Assembly (NCBI GenBank): GCA_965369655.1
Contig: CBDUQR010000001.1
Coordinates: 78,070-142,069, forward strand
Source of the DNA: an uncultured bacterium
Lineage (GTDB): Bacteria; Zixibacteria; MSB-5A5; JAABVY01; JAHJOQ01
Reading direction: 5' to 3'
DNA: 64,000 bases
Shown: one piece after another, positions 37,184 through 45,190 of the stretch
How the letters are laid out: every line of letters starts with the position of its first letter
Position numbering within the stretch: position 1 is the first letter of the stretch
Position numbers and translations under genes: made by a program
The notes under the pieces: generated by a model
What the model was told of the DNA's origin: nothing
Database searches by the model: none
Seen by the model: only the letters and a program-made list of their open reading frames with translations

Positions 37184-37419
37184 TGCATCGGCAGATGTCC
37201 AGAGGCTGTCCCCAAAGTGCCACTCAACTTGAGCGGAAAGCTGACCCTGTCGCTCCCGCGAAGGCGGGAGCCTATTTAACGATTACCCATTCAATAGATT
37301 CCCGTAATATCCTGAGCACAGCGAAGGGCCTGTGCGGGAATGACCTCGCTTTCTTTCGCAAGCATGAACACCAACCTATCAGACCTTTTGGGACAGCCTC
37401 TCCACATCTGCCGATGCAC
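37184..37419. repeat. 34-bp-class palindrome (tgcatcggcagatgt-cc / cc-acatctgccgatgcac) interrupted at its centre
   Basis: The left half lies at 37184-37200 and the right half at 37402-37419. The halves are reverse complements of each other. The central dinucleotide cc is present on both sides of the insert. Confidence 0.75.
37201..37401. mobile_element. MITE-like 201-bp insert with perfect 12-bp terminal inverted repeats (agaggctgtccc ... gggacagcctct)
   Basis: The insert sits exactly between the duplicated cc of the palindrome. It has internal GC hairpins (ctcccgc-gaag-gcgggag) and no ORF. Confidence 0.6.
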
Positions 37420-37517
37420 AGAATTCGGTAATGTTTAGTGTGGGGCAACTCGCCTTTTTCAATCTGCAGCAACAGATGATTTGACAGGTCATTGATGGTC
37501 TGTATATTGATGACCTT

Positions 37518-39719
37518 ATGGCGCCACTGATCGACAGGATGCGGACGGAACTGAACGATAGGCAGTTTGAAGCCGCAACTACGGTAGATGGTCCGCTTCT
37601 TATCCTTGCCGGAGCCGGTTCTGGCAAGACGCGGGTTCTGACCTATCGTGCCGCTTATCTTGTGTCCGACCGTGCCGTATCTCCCTTCAATATCCTGGCC
37701 GTGACTTTTACGAACAAAGCTGCCAGCGAGATGAAAGAACGGATGGAGACGCTTGTCGGTCAGGCGGTGAGAGATATGCAGGTGTCAACCTTTCATTCGT
37801 TCTGTGTCAGGATACTCCGGCGATACGGCGACAGGTGCGGGCTTCCTCGCGATTTCTCGATATACGATCAGGAAGATTCCCTGAATCTGATACGGCACTG
37901 CATGGAGGATCTGCTCATATCGCCGAAGTCGCATCCACCGAAAGTGATCCGTGAGTTTATTTCATCCGCAAAGGACAAACTGATAGGACCCGATCAGTAC
38001 GCCGAATCAGCGAAGGCGTATTTCAACAAGGTAGTGGCCAATGTATATGAATCGTATCAACGGCGGTTGGAAGTTGCCGCTGCGCTCGATTTCGACGATC
38101 TGCTCTGCAAGGCGGTCAGATTGCTTCTGGATCATCCGGAACTGCTCGAACAGATGCAGAATAGCTACAGATATATCATGGTCGATGAGTATCAGGACAC
38201 GAATCATGTGCAGTATCTGCTCGTGAAAAACCTCGCAGCACGCGACCGGAATATTTGCGTGGTCGGCGATGACGATCAGTCGATATACGGATGGCGCGGC
38301 GCGGAGATCAGAAACATCCTCGAATTCGAAAAGGACTTTCCGGGTTGCAGCGTGGTCAAGCTCGAACAAAACTACAGATCGACTAAGACCATACTCAAGG
38401 CTGCATCTAGCGTCGTCGGGAACAACCAATCCCGGAAATCGAAGACTTTGTTTTCCGAGGGTGACGAGGGCGACAAGATCACTCTGCTGGTTGCAGACAA
38501 TGATCGCGGCGAAGCGGAGATGGTCGCCGACAAGATCGAAGGATTAATCTCTGCTGATCGATTCGGTCGCAGGGAGATAGCGATTCTCTACAGGACTAAC
38601 GCGCAGTCCCGCGCACTCGAAGAGACGCTCAAGAACCGTTTCATACCTTACACGATTGTCGGCGGGCTGAGATTCTACCAGCGCAAAGAAATCAAGGATG
38701 TGATGGCGTATCTCAAGGTGATGACCAACCCTCACGATCTGATTTCACTCAGGCGCATAGTCAACACGCCCCCACGCGGTCTCGGCAAAGTTGCGCTCGC
38801 GAAAATCGAGAACATAGCGGTCAAAAAGAAGGTCGGGCCGATTCAATTGATACTGGATGACGACGATTATCTGTTCCTGCCAGGCAGGGCGAGAACCGGC
38901 TTGCGCCAGTTTGCAGTTATTCTGAGAACTCTCGTGACCGCAAAGGACGAAAAGGATCCAGTCGAATTGGTGAAGACTGTCATAGAGCATAGTGAAATAC
39001 TGCGCGAGATCGACAATGGTGACGCCATTGAAGCAGAATCGCGGCGAGAAAACCTTGATGAACTGGTGGCGGCGGTCGATGAATTCTGCCAGCGCAACGA
39101 GGATGCGACTATCGAATCGTTCCTCGAAGAGGTATCGCTCTACACCGACATAGACCAGTGGGACAACTCCATCGATTCCGTTACGCTGATGACGCTGCAT
39201 TCCGCCAAGGGACTCGAATTCCCCGCTGTATTCATCACCGGACTCGAGGAAGGTCTGTTTCCATTGGCGAAGTCGCTCGAAAGCGATGCGGAACTCGAGG
39301 AGGAGCGCAGGCTTTTCTATGTCGGCATTACCCGCGCCGAGAAGCTGCTGTTTATCGCGCACGCGAAAACGCGTCGGCGGTTCGGCGACATGCTCACGCT
39401 CGAATCGCGTTTCATATCGGAGCTGCCCGCCGATGTCGTCGAGATTGAGGAGAAGCTCTACACGCCTCGCGCTGTGTCGCATCGTTCATACCTGTCCAGC
39501 GAATCAAAGGTGACATCGTTCGATTCGGACACGGTTGATCCTGACGATACATACAGCTATCTGGAGGTCGGTCGATGGGTCACGCATCCAACCTGGGGAG
39601 ACGGCAGGATTATCGCACGGCGCGGTACATCAGACTCGACCGAGATCGACGTCATGTTTGAATATGTAGGCCGCAAGAAACTACTCGCCCAATATGCGAA
39701 CTTGCAGGTGAAAGAGTAA
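37518..39719 (+). CDS. UvrD/PcrA-family ATP-dependent DNA helicase
   Basis: LLILAGAGSGKTRVLTYRAAYL (motif I), DEYQDTN (motif II), VGDDDQSIYGWRGA, LEQNYRS. The C-terminus carries an extra domain of about 70 aa. Confidence 0.9.
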   Translation: MAPLIDRMRTELNDRQFEAATTVDGPLLILAGAGSGKTRVLTYRAAYLVSDRAVSPFNILAVTFTNKAASEMKERMETLVGQAVRDMQVSTFHSFCVRILRRYGDRCGLPRDFSIYDQEDSLNLIRHCMEDLLISPKSHPPKVIREFISSAKDKLIGPDQYAESAKAYFNKVVANVYESYQRRLEVAAALDFDDLLCKAVRLLLDHPELLEQMQNSYRYIMVDEYQDTNHVQYLLVKNLAARDRNICVVGDDDQSIYGWRGAEIRNILEFEKDFPGCSVVKLEQNYRSTKTILKAASSVVGNNQSRKSKTLFSEGDEGDKITLLVADNDRGEAEMVADKIEGLISADRFGRREIAILYRTNAQSRALEETLKNRFIPYTIVGGLRFYQRKEIKDVMAYLKVMTNPHDLISLRRIVNTPPRGLGKVALAKIENIAVKKKVGPIQLILDDDDYLFLPGRARTGLRQFAVILRTLVTAKDEKDPVELVKTVIEHSEILREIDNGDAIEAESRRENLDELVAAVDEFCQRNEDATIESFLEEVSLYTDIDQWDNSIDSVTLMTLHSAKGLEFPAVFITGLEEGLFPLAKSLESDAELEEERRLFYVGITRAEKLLFIAHAKTRRRFGDMLTLESRFISELPADVVEIEEKLYTPRAVSHRSYLSSESKVTSFDSDTVDPDDTYSYLEVGRWVTHPTWGDGRIIARRGTSDSTEIDVMFEYVGRKKLLAQYANLQVKE

Positions 39720-40125
39720 TTGGCAAGGACCACTGTGCGTCCAGAGAAGATACAGTGAATAGGCATACAAGATCGGCGAAGGTGATATCCCGTTCAGTTT
39801 GGAGAGAGAACACTCTCGGCAATGCTCAGAGGATATTCGGATTGGTTGAATCCAAACCCTTTAGCTCGGCCAGATCAGGATGAACCCTATACCTCAGCAC
39901 GCCGTCAATTGCAGTGGTATGTTCTGCTACAGCTTTGTATTCAGTTATCAATCGATCAAGAGCTGAAGGAACTCGCATCGTCCGTTCGACGATTGAACAT
40001 CCTTTCCTCGGCGACATCCACACGATTTCCTCCCGGTACCTCCCCTGCGAAGGAGAAACACATGGATAACGGTAATCATCTCCCAATGGAACCCAACGAG
40101 GTCGTACCGTGGGTGGCAGATGTCC

Positions 40126-40326
40126 AGAGGTTGTCCCATAAGGTAGTTTCGACGGGTCTTGGCGACGACGGAGTCGTCGGTGTGACCTGACGATCTTCTG
40201 TAAGCTGTTGCCAGGCATTGCTTCCATTTTCCGGCAGTTCATCGGTCGCTGATCCCGATCCCTGAGGGACACGTCCGCCTTCGGCGGACGCAAGAACAGC
40301 CGGAATGGATGCTTTTGGGACAGCCT
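40126..40326. mobile_element. MITE-like 201-bp insert (copy A) inside the palindrome ggcagatgt-cc/cc-acatctgcc
   Basis: The termini are agaggttgtccc ... gggacagcctct, flanked by ggcagatgtcc (40115-40125) and ccacatctgcc (40327-40337). The length is identical to copy D, but the internal sequence differs. Confidence 0.6.
40146..40200. repeat. 55-bp segment shared with 56249-56303 (two mismatches)
   Basis: gtttcgacgggtcttggcgacgacggagtcgtcggtgtgacctgacgatcttctg. It contains the hairpin cgacgac-gga-gtcgtcg. Confidence 0.75.
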
Positions 40327-40400
40327 CTCCACATCTGCCAAAATTGTCAATCCGAATTCGATTCAGAGCATGGAATTCAATTGGTCTGTCTCGGAAGGTG

Positions 40401-41219
40401 TTATTCACTGTAAGCTGTAGCATCGTAGTGATTATAATGGTCTTGATTTACCAGCTTGGATTTCTTAAGTAACTGAAAAAGCCCGAACTTCTCAACATAA
40501 GCCTTCAATTCTCTGTAGTTAGGTGTAAGGCAATAATAGAATATCATGTATTTCTCATCATCAGAAATCTGCGCTCTAACGAGAGTTGCGTAGAACTCCT
40601 TGTCGACAATGCTACTCCGATCAACAAACCACAATAGATGATAAAGGGTCTTGAAGTAATTGGATATGTCAAGCGGAAACCCACTCGAGAATTGGTTATG
40701 AGCTATCTCCAGAAGTTTCGTATCATCTGAGATTGAGGGTCCCATTTTTCGTACTGTATCATCATATTTCCATCGAAAACGACTGTACCATTTGTTGAAA
40801 CAAGCCTTTCCTTTCAAGCCCTCACTTCGATCCTCCAAATTCCGAACCAACTCATTAAACAAATCCATCAATTGAAAAAAAGTGTTCTCGAACTGCTGAA
40901 GACTAAGGGTTCTATTCTGCAACTGCATTTGCTCTCTTTGACCCTGAATCTCATTTCGTGTTAGCTTGAGTTCTTTCCGCTGCAAATGTAGATCTTGTCT
41001 CTGTAGATATATGGCGTAAATGAAGCCAGCAAATGCAAGTGCGGTGAAGAGCGCATTCGCTGCACCAAACATGTCCCCGAACTGGCCTCTATACGGCCAA
41101 TCTTCGGGCATAAAATGAATAACTGCCACCCAGTTGCTGAGCCAGATTAGGATTGCTACGACAAGCAATAGTGGTAGCAGCCACCTCTTTTCATTCTTCA
41201 ACTCATCCTGGCTATCCAT
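40401..41219 (-). CDS. N-terminal two-TM-helix membrane protein with coiled-coil and C-terminal globular domain (Abi-like architecture)
   Basis: Two N-terminal hydrophobic helices (WLLPLLLVVAILIWLSNWVAVIHF and FGAANALFTALAFAGFIYAIYL), a Gln/Leu-rich coiled coil, and a C-terminal domain of about 170 aa. Hand counts over 40441-40560 give about 34% G+C, against 52-60% in neighbouring genes. Confidence 0.45.
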   Translation of the reverse strand: MDSQDELKNEKRWLLPLLLVVAILIWLSNWVAVIHFMPEDWPYRGQFGDMFGAANALFTALAFAGFIYAIYLQRQDLHLQRKELKLTRNEIQGQREQMQLQNRTLSLQQFENTFFQLMDLFNELVRNLEDRSEGLKGKACFNKWYSRFRWKYDDTVRKMGPSISDDTKLLEIAHNQFSSGFPLDISNYFKTLYHLLWFVDRSSIVDKEFYATLVRAQISDDEKYMIFYYCLTPNYRELKAYVEKFGLFQLLKKSKLVNQDHYNHYDATAYSE

Positions 41220-41259
41220 GACAATCTCCTATCCAGTATTGAAGTCTTTTGCTGTGAGC

Positions 41260-41279
41260 GGCAGATGTGGACATCTGCC
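41260..41279. repeat. solo (uninterrupted) copy of the palindrome ggcagatgt-gg-acatctgcc
   Basis: It is the reverse complement of the empty form of the sites at 37190-37412 and 40115-40337. It lies in the 76-bp gap between two minus-strand genes. Confidence 0.75.
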
Positions 41280-41295
41280 GTGCACAGGGCAGAAT

Positions 41296-43326
41296 CTATC
41301 TACCTGCGGCGGATGTATCAGGCCACTCGCAATCATAGCCGACGCCCATCTCGACTTCGACCGGATGTTCCGTGTTGGTGCCATACTGCCGCCAGAGCTT
41401 GTTGTTGCTGGTGAAGTCATATTTTACAGGATATGTATCGTCTCCGCCAGTGTCGAGGAACAATCCGAGACACATGATATGATCGCGCAGTCCACCCCTC
41501 TTCCCTGCAACATTTGATCTGCCGAGTGTCGTAGCTGCGGTGACTCGATATATGTCGTCGCCCGACTTGTCCCAGAAAATACCGATGCCGTTCGCATTGC
41601 CACCACCGAGAGAGAGATTCGGCGCGTCATAGACGTCGTTGCCCTCGCAATCGATCAGTGTGCCGAGCGTAAAATCATGCCCCGCACCCTGCGCCATATT
41701 TTTAGTCGCCGTATAATGATCGTCGCCGGTGCTGTCGATCAGGATGCCGAGTCCGAAATGCGCGCCCGATCCCTGGACATACCACACACCGCGGTACTCG
41801 TCGTCGCCCTTGTCATCGGCGAGGATTCCAATCGCGTACCAGTAGGCGCATCCCTGTGCAAACAACCCTGCGGAATACTTGTCGTTTCCTTCGGCATCGA
41901 CCAGCATCCCGATGCCTCCGGCCCAGGAGTGCCCGTCGATGTAGTCGCCCCGTTTGCCAAATCCGACACCCTGCGCGAGATTCGAGTTGTAGTCTTTCGT
42001 CTGCGAGGCTGGGAACACGATATCAAGCGTGTCGGCATGGTAATCGTCGTCACCCTTCATATCGATCAGCATCCCCATGCCTTTCGTGAATCCGAATCCC
42101 TGCCCAAGCAGATACATATGGTAAGAATCATTGCCATCAAGGTCCGAGAGGATTCCGATACCGAATTGTCCCGCACCCTGCGCGCAGATGAACCCATCGT
42201 ACGAATCTGTCCCTGCCTTGTCGAGCAATGCGCCGACGCCGAAAAGCCCGACACCACCGGTCATATTGCGGCCGGAGTATATGTCGTTGCCATCGACATC
42301 CACAAGAAACGCATATCCGAACAGACCTGCGCCAAACGATGGTATCCCCTCACCGCTCGACTCGTATGTGTCGTCGCCACCCAGATCGATCAGGATCGAT
42401 ATCCAGTTCTCGATCGATCTGTTGGCGCCACCGCCTTCGTAGCAGTCATCGCCGCCAACATCGATTATGAGATAATACTCGTCGTCAGGGTAGTTCTGAT
42501 CGGACCCATCGTTAATGACAATCCTTCCGAGCGGTGTATCGTACTCGAAGGAGAAACTGTCGTCGAACGTCACCGCCGCGAGCGAATCTGCGGCATAATC
42601 GACAGCGCGCGCAAGATCCTGAACATGGGTATAGAGATATTTGAAATCAACAAGCGACGCGAACTCCTCGAGCGTGAAATCGATAATATCATCATCCGAA
42701 GCGAGCAGCAACTGCGCCCTGCCGTACATCTCAGAGAGATCATACTTCTCGGCAGCCTTCTCGAACGCTCGCGCGTGGTAGTGCAGGGAATCGACAGATG
42801 CGTAGATCAGGAGCGCGGCAATTAGCTGCAATTCATCAGGCAGGGTCGATACGCTTTGTTCGAGTGACACGATTTCATCTTCGGAAAGCGATCCGTTTCC
42901 TGTCGATTCAATCAGTCTCTCGATAGCGTTTGCGAGCGCGTATTGCTCAGCGATCAATGGATAGATTTCTTTCAGCGGATCCCCGATCAGGCCGCGTCGC
43001 ACGCTTTCATCGAGTCTGCTCGACGCGAATCCGATCAGGTTCTGCAGCCGACCCGCGTTGCGCTTGACGCTTGCTTTGTAGATGTTCGTGTAATGTTCGA
43101 TCTTGAAGAAGTCAGAGTGCAGCGTGTAGAACAGCGGCAGCACGAACCTGTCGCCGCCGTAGTTGGCCATGTCGCCGTAATCAAATGTCATCGACTCCCG
43201 CGTAAGCCCGACTTCAGAGAGAGCCTCCTCGAATGGATCGATGGACGCCTCATTCGTTTCGTCTCCAGCGAAAAGAGCCGCACTCAGAATCAGCAGTATC
43301 GGCGCGAGTATTCTAAGACTGAACAT
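41296..43326 (-). CDS. secreted Gly-rich repeat protein (about 12 copies of h-L-h-D-x-x-G-[ND]-D-x-Y, period about 23 aa; predicted beta-solenoid)
   Basis: Signal peptide MFSLRILAPILLILSAALFA. An alpha-helical N-terminal third, then repeats LIIDVGGDDCY, ILIDLGGDDTY, FLVDVDGNDIY, ALLDKAGTDSY, ILSDLDGNDSY, MLIDMKGDDDY, MLVDAEGNDKY, ILADDKGDDEY, ILIDSTGDDHY, TLIDCEGNDVY, IFWDKSGDDIY and LFLDTGGDDTY, each preceded by a GxGxxGxG stretch. Confidence 0.55.
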   Translation of the reverse strand: MFSLRILAPILLILSAALFAGDETNEASIDPFEEALSEVGLTRESMTFDYGDMANYGGDRFVLPLFYTLHSDFFKIEHYTNIYKASVKRNAGRLQNLIGFASSRLDESVRRGLIGDPLKEIYPLIAEQYALANAIERLIESTGNGSLSEDEIVSLEQSVSTLPDELQLIAALLIYASVDSLHYHARAFEKAAEKYDLSEMYGRAQLLLASDDDIIDFTLEEFASLVDFKYLYTHVQDLARAVDYAADSLAAVTFDDSFSFEYDTPLGRIVINDGSDQNYPDDEYYLIIDVGGDDCYEGGGANRSIENWISILIDLGGDDTYESSGEGIPSFGAGLFGYAFLVDVDGNDIYSGRNMTGGVGLFGVGALLDKAGTDSYDGFICAQGAGQFGIGILSDLDGNDSYHMYLLGQGFGFTKGMGMLIDMKGDDDYHADTLDIVFPASQTKDYNSNLAQGVGFGKRGDYIDGHSWAGGIGMLVDAEGNDKYSAGLFAQGCAYWYAIGILADDKGDDEYRGVWYVQGSGAHFGLGILIDSTGDDHYTATKNMAQGAGHDFTLGTLIDCEGNDVYDAPNLSLGGGNANGIGIFWDKSGDDIYRVTAATTLGRSNVAGKRGGLRDHIMCLGLFLDTGGDDTYPVKYDFTSNNKLWRQYGTNTEHPVEVEMGVGYDCEWPDTSAAGR

Positions 43327-43444
43327 ATTCCCTCCCGTTGTTGCGAATAGCAGACTCTACTCAACGGGATCGCCGAAGTCAAGCATTAACTCCGATTCCG
43401 ATCCTGAAAGGCTTGCCAAATAAGTCCGAAACCATCAAAGCATT

Positions 43445-43536
43445 GTCATCGCGAGGAGCGAAAGCTACGTGGCGATCTCATTGTTTATAAAATCGCAAAA
43501 ACACTGAGATTGCCACGCTTCGCTCGCAATGACGAC
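43445..43536. repeat. inverted pair of the X repeat module about 120-210 bp upstream of glnA
   Basis: gtcatcgcgaggagcgaaagctacgtggcgatctca (43445-43480) and tgagattgccacgcttcgctcgcaatgacgac (43505-43536) form an imperfect 32-bp inverted repeat around a 24-bp AT-rich spacer. The same module occurs at 30726-30762 and 37072-37112. Confidence 0.65.
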
Positions 43537-43655
43537 AACAAGGTTATCTTTACAAGCTCTGAACAAACATATCTCTTATCGACCTGACATTTTCGCTTGC
43601 CGAAAACCGAGATTTGTTTATATTAGTTTGATAATAATTTCACAAGGAGACCATT

Positions 43656-45074
43656 ATGACCCTGAAAGCTCTTCAGACGATGGCCAAGCGGGATAAAGTC
43701 GAATTCATTGATATCAAGTTCGCAGACCTCTTAGGCCGCTGGCGACATGTCACGCTTCCAGTCGAATCATTGAAGCAGAAACTGTTCGATCACGGGATTG
43801 GCGTGGATGGCTCGTCAGTGTCAGGATTTGCGCAGGTCAAAGCCGGCGATATGCTACTTTCTGTTGATCGAAGTACCGCATTCATCGATCCATTCTGGGA
43901 GCATCCGACGATGTCGTTCATCGGCGATGTCGTTTCGGTCAAAGACGGCAAAGTCTCGCCATTTTCACGCAATCCGAGAACTGTCGCGAAGCGTGCGGAG
44001 GACTTTCTCAGAAAATCTAAGATTGCTGATGAGAGCAGATGGTTGCCTGAGTTCGAGTTCAATCTGTTTACATCTGTCGCGTATCATCAGGACACTGGCT
44101 GCGGATACTACTTCGTCGACTCCAAAGAAGCCGAATGGAACACCGGCGAGGATGATCCGGAGAATTACGGCTACCAGATACCATACAAGCGCGGCTACCA
44201 TGCCGCGCCGCCATCGGATCAGACATACGAAATCCGCAGCGACATGTGCGCAATCCTGAAAAGCCTCGGCGTGCCGATCAAGTACCATCATCACGAGGTA
44301 AGCGGCGCATCGCAGCAAGAGATTGAGGTCGACTACGGCAGCCTGCTCGAAACAGCAGATCGTTGCATGTTGGTCAAGTATGTGGTTAAGAACACCGCTT
44401 TGAGACACAATATGTCTGCGACATTTATGCCGAAGCCGCTCTACAATGAGCCGGGCAACGGCATGCACTTCCATCAGTATCTGGTCAAAAGCGGCAAGTC
44501 TGTGTTTTACAATTCTAAGAAGAACCTCAAGCTTTCCAATGCGGGAAGATACTATATCGGCGGCCTGCTCAAGCATGCTCCAGCGCTGCTCTGTATCTGT
44601 TCGCCATCGACCAACTCGTACAAGCGGCTCGTGCCCGGATTCGAGGCGCCGGTTAAGAGTACATACTCGATCGCTAACAGGAGCGCTGCGATTCGCATTC
44701 CCGGCTACCAACTCGACCCATCGACATACGACATGGAGTTCCGTCCGCCGGATGCCACCTGCAATCCATATCTTGCGATTGCCGCACAGCTCATGGCCGG
44801 ACTCGACGGCATCAGAAACAAAATCGATCCGGGTGCGGACACATCGGAAGACATCACCCACATGTCAGAGCGGAAACTATCGAAGATACCGACACTGCCG
44901 GCATCGTTGAGGCATGCGATCATCGCCCTCAAGAAAGATTGCGATTTCCTCCTTAAAGGCGGCGTGTTCACCGAGGACCTGATCGACGAGTGGGTGCGTA
45001 TCAAGCAGGACGAAGCCGATGCCATCAGCGTCCGCCCACACCCACATGAGTTTAGTTTGTACTTTAACTGTTAA
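43656..45074 (+). CDS. glnA: glutamine synthetase, type I
   Basis: 472 aa. The N-terminal beta-grasp is followed by the catalytic domain with GMHFHQ and NSYKRLVPGFEAPV. AAGGAG precedes the ATG. Confidence 0.9.
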   Translation: MTLKALQTMAKRDKVEFIDIKFADLLGRWRHVTLPVESLKQKLFDHGIGVDGSSVSGFAQVKAGDMLLSVDRSTAFIDPFWEHPTMSFIGDVVSVKDGKVSPFSRNPRTVAKRAEDFLRKSKIADESRWLPEFEFNLFTSVAYHQDTGCGYYFVDSKEAEWNTGEDDPENYGYQIPYKRGYHAAPPSDQTYEIRSDMCAILKSLGVPIKYHHHEVSGASQQEIEVDYGSLLETADRCMLVKYVVKNTALRHNMSATFMPKPLYNEPGNGMHFHQYLVKSGKSVFYNSKKNLKLSNAGRYYIGGLLKHAPALLCICSPSTNSYKRLVPGFEAPVKSTYSIANRSAAIRIPGYQLDPSTYDMEFRPPDATCNPYLAIAAQLMAGLDGIRNKIDPGADTSEDITHMSERKLSKIPTLPASLRHAIIALKKDCDFLLKGGVFTEDLIDEWVRIKQDEADAISVRPHPHEFSLYFNC

Positions 45075-45190
45075 TCTGACAGTATCGCAGAGTGCATGCT
45101 CATGTAAGAACACAGATTGCTGTTGACAGTATGCTCAACCATCGGTACTTTGCTCATGGGTGAGCCCTCCAACCTAAAGGTTGAGTTAGA

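Noticed and set aside
37003-37472. Track ORFs 36999-37232, 37183-37431, 37272-37472 and 37379-37627 over repeat copy D
   Set aside because: They overlap the palindrome and MITE. There are mutually overlapping frames on both strands and no SD. They are treated as non-coding.
39822-40350. Track ORFs 39822-40190 (+, 122 aa) and 39826-40350 (-, 174 aa), and a 42-aa ORF (40061-40189) with a perfect AAGGAG SD 7 nt upstream that reads into the MITE
   Set aside because: All of them run through repeat copy A (palindrome plus MITE). The equivalent frames are not open in copies D or E. The composition is low-complexity and Arg/Pro-rich. Most likely they are read-through artefacts of the repeat. The strong SD may be real, but the peptide is not conserved between copies.
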